A stretch of DNA of 54,683 bases from Minisyncoccia bacterium (lineage in GTDB: Bacteria; Patescibacteriota; Minisyncoccia; Phycocordibacterales; CAJBRS01): positions 1 through 54,683 of the forward strand of contig JBBQRF010000004.1 of assembly GCA_038215155.1 (NCBI GenBank), in the 5' to 3' direction. The notes under the pieces were generated by a model. It made no database searches, was not told where the DNA came from, and saw nothing but the letters and a program-made list of their open reading frames with translations. Of this stretch, positions 1 through 8,661 are shown piece by piece (positions within the stretch are counted from its first letter, which is position 1; every line of letters begins with the position of its first letter). Made by a program: the position numbers and the translations under genes.

Positions 1-1
1 A

Positions 2-3000
2 AGCCTCCTTAGCTCACTAGGAGATCTCATCTCCTCTTTCTTCGACCTCTTCAGGAAACCTACTCCTCCTACTCCGGTCATTAAAATCACTCAACCAACT
101 TCTCCACCACCGCTCCCAAGAACTACCTACAGCACTACCACCATCATTAATAATTATTCTTCGCAAGGCTCAGGACCTGCGGCCACCATCATTCGGAACA
201 CTACGATAGTGAACGGAGTAACCGAGACCCTGCTCAACCAGAAACTAAAAGCTCTAAACGACAAATTAGAAGCAGAGATTTATACCGCAGAAAACACCGA
301 GCCTTTTACTAACTCCACTACTACTCCAATAGTTAATCAATACATTACCTACACCTCAACTGGAGGAGGAGGCGGTGATTACTCTGGAAGTCTAAACTCG
401 CTCGGAGGAAGAATTGGGACAATTGAATCCGGGCAATTCTCAAACAATTTAAATGTCCAAGCAAGTGGTACAAGTACCATTAGTGACAATCTCTATGTTG
501 GAAACAACGCCACCATTGGCAACAACCTAACCGTTAACGGCAACTTCTTTGTTAAAGGCACTACTACCACTACCAACACTCAAGTAGCAACTAATGGGAT
601 CTTTACTAATCTAACTACCACCAATCTTCAAGCTACCAATGCTACTACTACTAACCTTCAAGTCACTGGTATCGGCACCTCTACATTTATGGGTAATATC
701 CTTGCGAACAACATTACGGCAAACAAATTTGTCGGTGATGGATCTGCTTTAACCGGAGTTGCTGCAGCGAATATTAATTCACTGAATCCGATAGTTGTAG
801 GGTTTCAGAACTCTGCAACAGGAACGAATGCCAGTGCAGTGGGGTATATGAATAGCGCGGGGGGAAATAACAGTTCATCTATAGGATTTTGTAACACTGC
901 TAGCGCCTCTAGAAGTACAGCTTCAGGCTATAACAATACTGCTTCTGGACAATTTAGTTCCGCTTTTGGTTACAGATCTAGTGCCACAGGAGCAAACAGT
1001 TTTGTTGGTGGATACAGTAGCACCGCTTCAGGATTTCAGTCGGCTGCGTTGGGCCGAAACTCCTTAGCAAGTGGTGATGAAAGTCTGGCTTTTGGCGGAG
1101 GAAATATATCCAACATTGCTTCCAGTTGCCAAAGTATGGCTTTTGGTCGTTCAAATTTGTCGAGCGGATATACATCATTGGCGATTGGCGGATATAACAC
1201 TGCAAGTGGAGATACTAGCAGTGCCTCCGGCTATCGAAACACCGCCTCGGGCACTTCATCCAGCGCTTTTGGGTTTTGTAATTTTAGTAGCGGCGTAGGA
1301 AGTACAGCATCTGGTTATAAAAATAATTCAAATTCTAATTTAGCAATATCAATAGGAGCTCTGAATAATTATTGCGGCTATGTAGTGGATGCTACTGGAA
1401 ATGTCTCCGTGGGTGGATATGGTTTAGTAACCTGTGTCGCAGGTCCTGCCTCAACCGCAATTGGAATTCAAAATCGGGCGACGGGAATTAAATCCACAGC
1501 CTCAGGATATTTCAATCTTTCAAGCGGATGCAGTTCTGGTGCTTTTGGCTATGGAAATACTGCCAGTGGGTACTGCGCCCAAGCATTCGGATATTCTAAT
1601 ACTGCGGCAGGGACCAGCTCTTCTGCAATTGGCCAATTTAATAATGCGACGGCATGCAAATCTACAGCCTTCGGACTTTCCAATTCAGTTACTGGAGCAG
1701 GAAGTACTGCATCAGGGATTTATAATCAGGTAGCAGGATGCGGGTCTTCTGGTATTGGAATGAGGAATATTGTGAATGGTGATTGTGTATCGGGGGTAGG
1801 ACTCTGCAACCAAGCCTTCGGCAGCTTTAGTTTCGCCGTAGGAGGATATAACCAAGCTTCTGGAAATTCTACAAATTCTTTTGGAAAAGGAAATATTGCT
1901 TGCGGAAACAACATCTCGTCCTTCGGTATTTCAAATAACGCTTCAGGCACTTCATCGAACGCTTTTGGTTTTTGTAATTGCGCCAGTGGACTGTGCAGTT
2001 CCGTATTTGGGGTATTAAACACGGGAAGTGACTGTTTTGCCTCCGCCTTAGGATATCAAAACACGGCTTCTGGTAAAGGATCTACTGCTTCAGGTTATAT
2101 AAACACATCTAGTGCTTACAATTCTTCAACATATGGAGTACAAAATACTGCGAGTGGCATGTATGCCACTGCCGTGGGAATACAAAATATTGCTTCTTCC
2201 ACAAAAGCAACCGCGATTGGAGTAGCCAATATTGTTTCTGGATCAGAAGGAACCGCGATTGGAGGGTTTAATAAAGCAGCTGGATGTATATCAATCGCTT
2301 TGGGTTATAATAATTCGGCCACTTCTACTGCTGATACTGCTATTGGTTTTCTTAATTGTGCAAGTGGAGGTCAATCCATTGCCTTGGGAGGATTTAATAA
2401 AGCAAGAGGATGCGCCGCATCAGCTATTGGTTATTTCAGTCAGGCAAATGGATATTCGAGCACTGCCGTGGGAAATTTTGCTCAAGGAATCGGCTCCAGT
2501 ACTTCAGCCTTTGGCTCTTATTCATGTGCCGTAGGGGCTAATAGTACGGCCTCGGGATTTTATACCGTGACAGGAGGACAAAATAGTTCAGCGTTTGGAT
2601 ATAAGAACACGGCCTCGGGAACTTCTTCCAGTGCGTTAGGATTTTGTAACACAACAAATGGCTCTAATTCCTTAAGTTTCGGACAATGTAATACCTCTAG
2701 CGGGTATAAAGCTTCTGCTTTTGGTAGAGAAAATAATTCATTAGGAACGGGAACATCAATTGGAGGATACGGTAATACTGCATCCTCCAGTTCAAGTTTT
2801 TCCTCGGCTTTTGGATATGCTAATAACGTCGATAAATTCAGAAGCTCAGCTTTTGGTTCTTTTAACACCGCCTCCGGCTATAATAGCTCGGCCTTTGGAA
2901 GTAATAACACTGCTTCAGGATGCTATTCTTCAGCTCTAGGCATTCAAAATACCTCTTCAGCCTGTCGTTCATCTGCTTTCGGCTTTAGTAACACCGCCTC

Positions 3001-4669
3001 CGCTTGTCTTTCTTCCGCTTCAGGAAACTGCAACACCGCCTCCGGCACTTCCTCCAATGCTTTTGGGTATTTCAATAATGTTTCAGGAATAAAAAGTAAT
3101 GCCATCGGATATGTAAATACCGTATCTTCAGTAGGCGGATATGGTCTAGGTATAGGTGCTTTTAACACTGTATCGGGTGATTATGCTTTAGGTACAGGTT
3201 TTGCAAATAGCGCTGTATCTTCCAACTCATCTGCTTTTGGATACAGGAACACCGCTTCCGCCACCTCATCAAGTGCGATTGGATTCTGTAACACGGGAAG
3301 TGGCTGTTTTGCCTCCGCCCTCGGATATCAAAACACCGCCTCCGGAAAAAGTTCTAGCGCTTCAGGTTATTTAAATACCTCTTCTGGGATTTACTCCGCC
3401 GCCCTCGGATATCAAAACACTGCGAGCGCTCTGCGCTCGTCAGCTCTAGGATTCTCAAACTTTGCCACATCAACCTGTAGTAGCGCTATCGGATTTAAGA
3501 ACACTGCTGGGGGACTTTGCTCCACTGCAATTGGATACTGTAATCTAGCAACGGGAAACCTCGCTGTAGCTCTTGGAACCCTCTCAGGATACGGTACTAA
3601 TATTAGAAATACGGCGTCTGGTTATGGATCCGTTGCAGTGGGAGCTGGTAACACTGGATCTGGAAGATATGCAACTGCAGTAGGGAGAGAAAACACCGCT
3701 AGCGCCTGTCTTGCCTCAGCCTTCGGATCTTGTTTAACGAACGCCAACTCTTGCTCTACTCGAATTGGCTACCTAAATGGTTGGCTTACAGTTAATGCTA
3801 ATGGTTCAGCTACATCATCTACTGGCGCCACACTTTCTGCCGGCGGCGTCTGGACCAACGCCTCCGACCGCAACCTAAAGGAGAACTTCACTGATCTCAA
3901 TCAGGATGAAGTCCTAGGAAAGATCAATGATCTGAACATTCAACAATGGAACTACAAAGCAGAGAACAGCGAAGTCACTCACATAGGTCCAGTAGCCCAA
4001 GACTTCTACGAAAAGTTCCACGTAGGAGGTTCCGACAAGACTATCTCTTCCATTGATCCTGCAGGAGTAGCACTCATTGGTATTCAAGCTCTCTCAAAGA
4101 AAGTAAACTCCCAAAGTGCCTCTACCACTGAAGCATTCTCTAAACTTGAGATCAGAGTTTCTTCTATTGAATCTCTGAAGAATATTTCTACCGGAGGCGT
4201 CTCCGTAGGAGACGCCATTCTCGGCGCCCTCCAATCCTTCGGCGCCGAGGTAGTTGATGGCATTGCCTATTTGAAGAATGTCTTTGTGGAGAGATTGACG
4301 GTGGGTTCACCAACTCATCCAACTGGTATTACTGTATACGATCAAAGTGGCAAGGAAGGATGTTTAATAGTGCTTGATGTGAATACGGGAACTACTAAAG
4401 TAATTCCCGGCAAATGCCAAGATGCTACTTCTACTCCCATAGCGACCATTACTACTGGAGGAGGAAACACGGTGACTATTGTAAACACTGCGGCCACTAC
4501 TTCTGATTCAGTGGCTACTTCTACTAAAGATATCTCTCCACCGAATCCTACTCCGCCAACAGATTCACCTACCTCTGATATTCCAACGCCACCTAATTCA
4601 GATAGTTCTGGCACTGGAGATGCCTCTGCGCCTGCCTCGATTCCTTCTGATAATTCCAGCGGCACTTAA
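2..4669 (+). CDS. Giant surface fibre/adhesin, 5'-partial. YadA-head/Hep_Hag-like repeats, then a Peptidase_S74-type intramolecular chaperone domain, then an S/T/P-rich tail.
   Basis: The frame is open from nt 2, with no stop before the tracker's GTG at 209, so the CDS runs off the window edge. There are dozens of degenerate S-x-A-x-G-Y-x-N-T-A-S-G repeats. WTNASDRNLKENF...IGPVAQDFYEKF...GVALIGIQAL matches the endosialidase/tail-fibre chaperone signature. A GITVYDQSGKEGCLIV module and a proline/serine-rich tail follow. Confidence 0.8.
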   Translation, partial: SLLSSLGDLISSFFDLFRKPTPPTPVIKITQPTSPPPLPRTTYSTTTIINNYSSQGSGPAATIIRNTTIVNGVTETLLNQKLKALNDKLEAEIYTAENTEPFTNSTTTPIVNQYITYTSTGGGGGDYSGSLNSLGGRIGTIESGQFSNNLNVQASGTSTISDNLYVGNNATIGNNLTVNGNFFVKGTTTTTNTQVATNGIFTNLTTTNLQATNATTTNLQVTGIGTSTFMGNILANNITANKFVGDGSALTGVAAANINSLNPIVVGFQNSATGTNASAVGYMNSAGGNNSSSIGFCNTASASRSTASGYNNTASGQFSSAFGYRSSATGANSFVGGYSSTASGFQSAALGRNSLASGDESLAFGGGNISNIASSCQSMAFGRSNLSSGYTSLAIGGYNTASGDTSSASGYRNTASGTSSSAFGFCNFSSGVGSTASGYKNNSNSNLAISIGALNNYCGYVVDATGNVSVGGYGLVTCVAGPASTAIGIQNRATGIKSTASGYFNLSSGCSSGAFGYGNTASGYCAQAFGYSNTAAGTSSSAIGQFNNATACKSTAFGLSNSVTGAGSTASGIYNQVAGCGSSGIGMRNIVNGDCVSGVGLCNQAFGSFSFAVGGYNQASGNSTNSFGKGNIACGNNISSFGISNNASGTSSNAFGFCNCASGLCSSVFGVLNTGSDCFASALGYQNTASGKGSTASGYINTSSAYNSSTYGVQNTASGMYATAVGIQNIASSTKATAIGVANIVSGSEGTAIGGFNKAAGCISIALGYNNSATSTADTAIGFLNCASGGQSIALGGFNKARGCAASAIGYFSQANGYSSTAVGNFAQGIGSSTSAFGSYSCAVGANSTASGFYTVTGGQNSSAFGYKNTASGTSSSALGFCNTTNGSNSLSFGQCNTSSGYKASAFGRENNSLGTGTSIGGYGNTASSSSSFSSAFGYANNVDKFRSSAFGSFNTASGYNSSAFGSNNTASGCYSSALGIQNTSSACRSSAFGFSNTASACLSSASGNCNTASGTSSNAFGYFNNVSGIKSNAIGYVNTVSSVGGYGLGIGAFNTVSGDYALGTGFANSAVSSNSSAFGYRNTASATSSSAIGFCNTGSGCFASALGYQNTASGKSSSASGYLNTSSGIYSAALGYQNTASALRSSALGFSNFATSTCSSAIGFKNTAGGLCSTAIGYCNLATGNLAVALGTLSGYGTNIRNTASGYGSVAVGAGNTGSGRYATAVGRENTASACLASAFGSCLTNANSCSTRIGYLNGWLTVNANGSATSSTGATLSAGGVWTNASDRNLKENFTDLNQDEVLGKINDLNIQQWNYKAENSEVTHIGPVAQDFYEKFHVGGSDKTISSIDPAGVALIGIQALSKKVNSQSASTTEAFSKLEIRVSSIESLKNISTGGVSVGDAILGALQSFGAEVVDGIAYLKNVFVERLTVGSPTHPTGITVYDQSGKEGCLIVLDVNTGTTKVIPGKCQDATSTPIATITTGGGNTVTIVNTAATTSDSVATSTKDISPPNPTPPTDSPTSDIPTPPNSDSSGTGDASAPASIPSDNSSGT

Positions 4670-4690
4670 AAGTTGAGCTTCTAAATTTGA

Positions 4691-4727
4691 GGCCGGCGGG
4701 GGCGAGCCGCCCCCGCCGGCCTTTTCT
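4691..4727 (+). terminator. Rho-independent terminator
   Basis: A 12-bp GC stem, ggccggcggggg/cccccgccggcc, is followed by ttttct. Confidence 0.85.
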
Positions 4728-4741
4728 GTTATCATTTAAAG

Positions 4742-5878
4742 ATGGCGCGCAAACGTATTCAAATAATTGTACCCGACAAGATTAAAAATCCAGTGGGAGG
4801 TCTAGGCGTGCAACTTAAACACATGGTGGAAAATCTTGAGAAGGATTTTGATTTTGATATTATCGGTCAACCAGAAGAAAATGGCTGGCCAAACTACACC
4901 AGTGTATATAATCCCATGCCCGCTCTTCAGCACGGCGCCCTTACCACCATCGCTGGTCAAATTGCTTATTTTGCTGCGGGAGTGGAGAAATCTAAACCCG
5001 ATGTGGTTCATGCTTACGATTGGTCCACCTACCTTGCCGGCGCCTACGTTGCCGAGCATTTCAAAGTACCTTTATTAGTTACCATGCAGCTTTCGATTAA
5101 TCTTTTGGAAAAAGTCGGCATTACCTACGCACACAATGCAGAAACAATTGATGGTGCCTGGATTCATAAGACTCATTGCGAAATTGAACTGTATGGCTTA
5201 AGACATGCCGCAAAAATTGTCCATGTCTCGGAAGCTTACCGGAATCAATTTAAAGGAGTAGAAAATTTTGATCAAAAATCGACCGTGGTGCCAAATGGAA
5301 TTGAATTAAGCGAATGGAGCCAATTTGCACCAATGAAATTCCCAGGGAAAAATCCAATTAAATTAATTTATATTGGACGCTTTGCTCTAATGAAAGGAGT
5401 GCTTGCCCTTTGCGCCGCTAAAGTGCCAGATGGAATTGATCTTATCTTTATTGGTGCAGACAATGGCGGAGAAGCGCAGGTCTTTCAAAAGATGCTGGAA
5501 AAGGTCAATCAAGAGTCAAATGTGCACTATATCGGGCCTCTATACGGTCAAGATAAAATAAATGCTATGTGCTCAGCCGATGCCGTCATTATGCCTTCCA
5601 TTCATGAGCCTTTTGGAATTGTTGCTCTGGAGGCCTTGGCTTCAAAATCTATTTTACTTTCTTCATTTATGGATGGGATGAGTGATTTTCTGACCGAAGA
5701 TGTGGCAATTAATTGCGGCACTACTCCTCCATTTATAGAGCGAGCAATGATTGATTTAATTTCTCTAACGCCCGAAGGTAAGGAGAAGCGAATTCAAAAA
5801 GGACTGGAAGTTTGCCGCCGCTATTCTTGGCAAACGGCGGCTGATCAAATGAGAAAGATTTATCAAAATTTAGTCTAG
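4742..5878 (+). CDS. Glycosyltransferase, GT-B fold, family 4-like
   Basis: HEPFGIVALEALASKS (E-x7-E motif) and overall GT4/glycogen-synthase-like layout. Confidence 0.75.
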   Translation: MARKRIQIIVPDKIKNPVGGLGVQLKHMVENLEKDFDFDIIGQPEENGWPNYTSVYNPMPALQHGALTTIAGQIAYFAAGVEKSKPDVVHAYDWSTYLAGAYVAEHFKVPLLVTMQLSINLLEKVGITYAHNAETIDGAWIHKTHCEIELYGLRHAAKIVHVSEAYRNQFKGVENFDQKSTVVPNGIELSEWSQFAPMKFPGKNPIKLIYIGRFALMKGVLALCAAKVPDGIDLIFIGADNGGEAQVFQKMLEKVNQESNVHYIGPLYGQDKINAMCSADAVIMPSIHEPFGIVALEALASKSILLSSFMDGMSDFLTEDVAINCGTTPPFIERAMIDLISLTPEGKEKRIQKGLEVCRRYSWQTAADQMRKIYQNLV

Positions 5879-6763
5879 GAGGGTTTTCATTATTTCCTCT
5901 ACATCGAAAATTTGGTCAGTGTCGTATGGATGTTCCGCCAAGGTGCCCCAGATATTGTATTTATCTAAATAGGCATCTGGATTGTGGCGGAATTTTTCTT
6001 CTAAAGCGGGCAAAATATTATGGTGCATGGGGTAGCCAAAAACTTTAGGAGAATTAACTATCCAGACCACGGTAGACGAAAGGGCGAGGGCCGCCGCAGC
6101 ATGCTGCGGCGCAGAATCAATCAGCAATCTCTTATTAGAGAATTGGAGAGCACAAAGGAATTCCCTGAGAGTCTCAAATGGAGGGCGAATAGCTCCCTCT
6201 AAGCCATACTGATTTTCACGACGAATATGGAGCACTTCATAACCCTCCGATTTCATTCTATTAACGATTTCCTGAGCCGTGCCTAGTGGTAAATCCCTGG
6301 CCCAAGAAATAGGATAGGACTGATTAATATAGCCTCCACTAGTTTGAATAATGAAGACAGGTTTATCATTGATATTCAATTTAGATTTAACTCTTTCTCG
6401 TTCTTCATCGGTAAAGAATAACTCTGGCATTTCTCCATCATATTTTACGCCGCAGAGCTCACACCATATTTCAATTAGGTGCTTACGGCGAAAGATGAAA
6501 TCCTCGGCTTGGTAAGGATCTTGTAGAAAGAGAAGATTCTTTCCATCTTTTAAGTAGGTTTCTCGAAAGTCTGGAGTTTTCTCAAGGTCTATTACTTTTG
6601 TAACGTGGGGATTATTTGACCAAGCCTCTTTATGAGGTGAGCTGATCAGTATTTCGTGATCTGGATATTTTGCGGCGAGAAGTCGAACCACGGCACTGGC
6701 AGTGATGTTCTTGCCGACTCCACCAGCAATATTAAATATTAATTTCGGTTTTAATTTGCTCAT
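5870..6763 (-). CDS. Heptosyltransferase (GT9)-like glycosyltransferase, paralog 1
   Basis: N-terminal IAGGVGKNI...YPDHEILI and C-terminal LLIDSAPQHAAAALALSSTVVW resemble GT9 motifs. It shares FI(F/Y)RRKHLI(E/D)IWCEL with the neighbouring gene. Confidence 0.5.
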   Translation of the reverse strand: MSKLKPKLIFNIAGGVGKNITASAVVRLLAAKYPDHEILISSPHKEAWSNNPHVTKVIDLEKTPDFRETYLKDGKNLLFLQDPYQAEDFIFRRKHLIEIWCELCGVKYDGEMPELFFTDEERERVKSKLNINDKPVFIIQTSGGYINQSYPISWARDLPLGTAQEIVNRMKSEGYEVLHIRRENQYGLEGAIRPPFETLREFLCALQFSNKRLLIDSAPQHAAAALALSSTVVWIVNSPKVFGYPMHHNILPALEEKFRHNPDAYLDKYNIWGTLAEHPYDTDQIFDVEEIMKTLLD

Positions 6764-7554
6764 GGCAGTAAATTTTGAATAATGTCTGCGGCGCTAGTAG
6801 AGGGTAGATGTTCAAGTGTGCTGTAGCCCCACGCAGTCCAATCTTCTGGAGCGGAGATTATGGTAGCCGCGGCGCCTTGCGCCGCGGCAGCTTGCATTGC
6901 AAAAGAGTTTAAAAATAAATTTTCGGCTGATAAATTCAGAACGCACATCATTTGGCGCAGCGGCAAATTGAGCCATTCAATACCACCAAGCGGCTCTTCA
7001 TCAGCCCTTTTTAGATGGATAGGATGAAAGCCTTCTTTTTGCATCGCTGTCACTACGGCCATCACCGTGGCAAAGGGAAGGGTGGAGATTTTAGGAGCAA
7101 AACCCCAAGCGTCAAAAGGGGGTTGGTTTATCAGTGCGCGGGTTTCAAAAAGGAACAAGGGCTTTCCTCTATTAGTCATTTTTCCTGTTGCTTCGATTTC
7201 TCTAGCAGTAAAGAAAAGTTCTGGCTTTTTAATCTCAGCCGTCACATTAGATAGTTCGCACCAAATATCAATTAAGTGCTTTCGTCGATAAATAAAGTCC
7301 TCGGTCAAAAACGGATCAAGACGGAAGATTTCAGTATCTTTTTTATCCACGAAGTCATCAAAAAAATATTGAGTGTTACCAAGTTTGTAGACTCGGTAGA
7401 CGGCAGGATTGTGAAGCCATACTTCGGGAAAGAGGGTAGTCACTATAATTTTTCGTTCAGGATGAGATTTAGCCAGATTGGCTACCACAGCAGTAGCCAC
7501 TAAATCCTTGCTTGGATCACCCACCACTTCAAAAATTAGGTATTTTTCTGACAT
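6760..7554 (-). CDS. Heptosyltransferase (GT9)-like glycosyltransferase, paralog 2
   Basis: Clear paralog of 5870-6763 (FIYRRKHLIDIWCEL, ELFFT). A 4-nt overlap with paralog 1 suggests co-translation. Confidence 0.5.
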   Translation of the reverse strand: MSEKYLIFEVVGDPSKDLVATAVVANLAKSHPERKIIVTTLFPEVWLHNPAVYRVYKLGNTQYFFDDFVDKKDTEIFRLDPFLTEDFIYRRKHLIDIWCELSNVTAEIKKPELFFTAREIEATGKMTNRGKPLFLFETRALINQPPFDAWGFAPKISTLPFATVMAVVTAMQKEGFHPIHLKRADEEPLGGIEWLNLPLRQMMCVLNLSAENLFLNSFAMQAAAAQGAAATIISAPEDWTAWGYSTLEHLPSTSAADIIQNLLP

Positions 7555-7590
7555 TTTTTAATTATATCCTGCATGGGGTATAATTTCATT

Positions 7591-8661
7591 ATGAAAACTA
7601 TACGAGTAGCCATTAATGGAGCAGGCAGAATTGGCAGAGCTTTTTATAAAGTAGCTTCTAAACGACCAGAAATTGAGATAGTTGCGCTCAATGATCTTGG
7701 TGATATAGAGAACATTGCTTATCTTTTAAAATACGACAGTGTCTATGGCCGTAGTGGTTTGAATATTGAGATAAAGAAGAACTTAGAGGTTGAGCTTCTA
7801 AGTGAAGATTCAGCACTTAGAAGCTCAACCTCTAAGTTGGTAATACAGGGAAAGGAAGTGAAATTTCTCAGTCAGAAAGATCCAGCACAACTACCATGGA
7901 AAGATTTAGATATTGATGTGGTGGTGGAGTCAACCGGTTTTTTCACTAGCTTTGAAAAATCAAAAGCCCACTTAGATGCCGGCGCTAAAAGAGTAGTAAT
8001 CAGTGCGCCGGTGAAAGAAGATGCCTCAGCCGGCGCGCCGACAGTATTAATGGGAATAAATGAAGAAGCTCTGAAAAATTCTAAAGTTAGCTCAAATGCT
8101 TCCTGCACTACTAATTCAGCAAGTCCACTCTTGGCTATTTTAGATGAAGCAATTGGTATTGAAAAAGCTATTCTTACTACTGTTCACGGATATACTGCCA
8201 GCCAGTCAATTGTTGATGGTCCAAATAAGAAGGATTGGAAGGAGGGCAGAGCAGCGGCTCAGAATATTGTACCGACTTCCACTGGCTCGGCCATCGCTAC
8301 CGCTAAGGCACTCACTCAATTTGAAGGGAAGTTTGACGGCATTTCCATGCGCGTGCCAGTACCAGCCGGATCTATTGCCGACATTACCTTTATTGCTAAG
8401 CGCCCAACCACAGTAGAAGAAGTTAATTCGGCCCTAGAAAAAGCGGCCAATGATCCACGTTGGCAAAAAGTTTTTGCGGTGATTAAGGATCAAATTGTAT
8501 CTAGCGATATTCTCGGGGACTCCCATGCCGCCATTGCCGATCTGGGATTGACTCGAGTAGTGGATGGTAACTTAGTGAAAGTGCTGTCTTGGTATGACAA
8601 TGAAATGGGATACACCCATTCATTAGTAGAACATGTAATTGAAGCGGGTAAGTATTTATGA
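7591..8661 (+). CDS. gap: Glyceraldehyde-3-phosphate dehydrogenase, type I
   Basis: INGAGRIGR, SNASCTTNS and WYDNEMGY motifs. The start is placed at MKTIRV (7591) by alignment to the family N-terminus; the tracker start at 7573 lies in the promoter. Confidence 0.93.
   Translation: MKTIRVAINGAGRIGRAFYKVASKRPEIEIVALNDLGDIENIAYLLKYDSVYGRSGLNIEIKKNLEVELLSEDSALRSSTSKLVIQGKEVKFLSQKDPAQLPWKDLDIDVVVESTGFFTSFEKSKAHLDAGAKRVVISAPVKEDASAGAPTVLMGINEEALKNSKVSSNASCTTNSASPLLAILDEAIGIEKAILTTVHGYTASQSIVDGPNKKDWKEGRAAAQNIVPTSTGSAIATAKALTQFEGKFDGISMRVPVPAGSIADITFIAKRPTTVEEVNSALEKAANDPRWQKVFAVIKDQIVSSDILGDSHAAIADLGLTRVVDGNLVKVLSWYDNEMGYTHSLVEHVIEAGKYL
7780..7838. repeat. Perfect 25-bp inverted repeat with a 9-nt loop, inside the gap CDS
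   Basis: aacttagaggttgagcttctaagtg-aagattcag-cacttagaagctcaacctctaagtt. It encodes the extra peptide LEVELLSEDSALRSSTSK. Confidence 0.9.

Noticed and set aside
978-4665. Many 70-107 aa ORFs in alternate frames and on the minus strand inside the adhesin gene (for example 978-1205, 1726-2022, 2560-2868 and 4342-4665).
   Set aside because: They lie entirely within the long repeat CDS and have low-complexity translations. They are the expected by-product of repetitive GCN/AGY-rich codons, not independent genes.
6092-6111. GC-rich perfect palindromes in both GT9-like paralogs (cgccgcagcatgctgcggcg at 6092-6111, gccgcggcgc-ctt-gcgccgcggc at 6866-6888) and in rpe (9656-9685, 9703-9728).
   Set aside because: They coincide with poly-Ala or conserved VDGG-type peptides. 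GCN alanine codons and gtcgac sites are self-complementary by nature, so no separate element is needed to explain them.
8655-8661. Possible alternative genetic code (TGA recoding), as in some candidate phyla.
   Set aside because: TGA terminates well-aligned genes at the expected family C-termini (for example gap at 8659-8661 and the small protein at 16741-16743). prfA is RF1-type, but nothing requires recoding.
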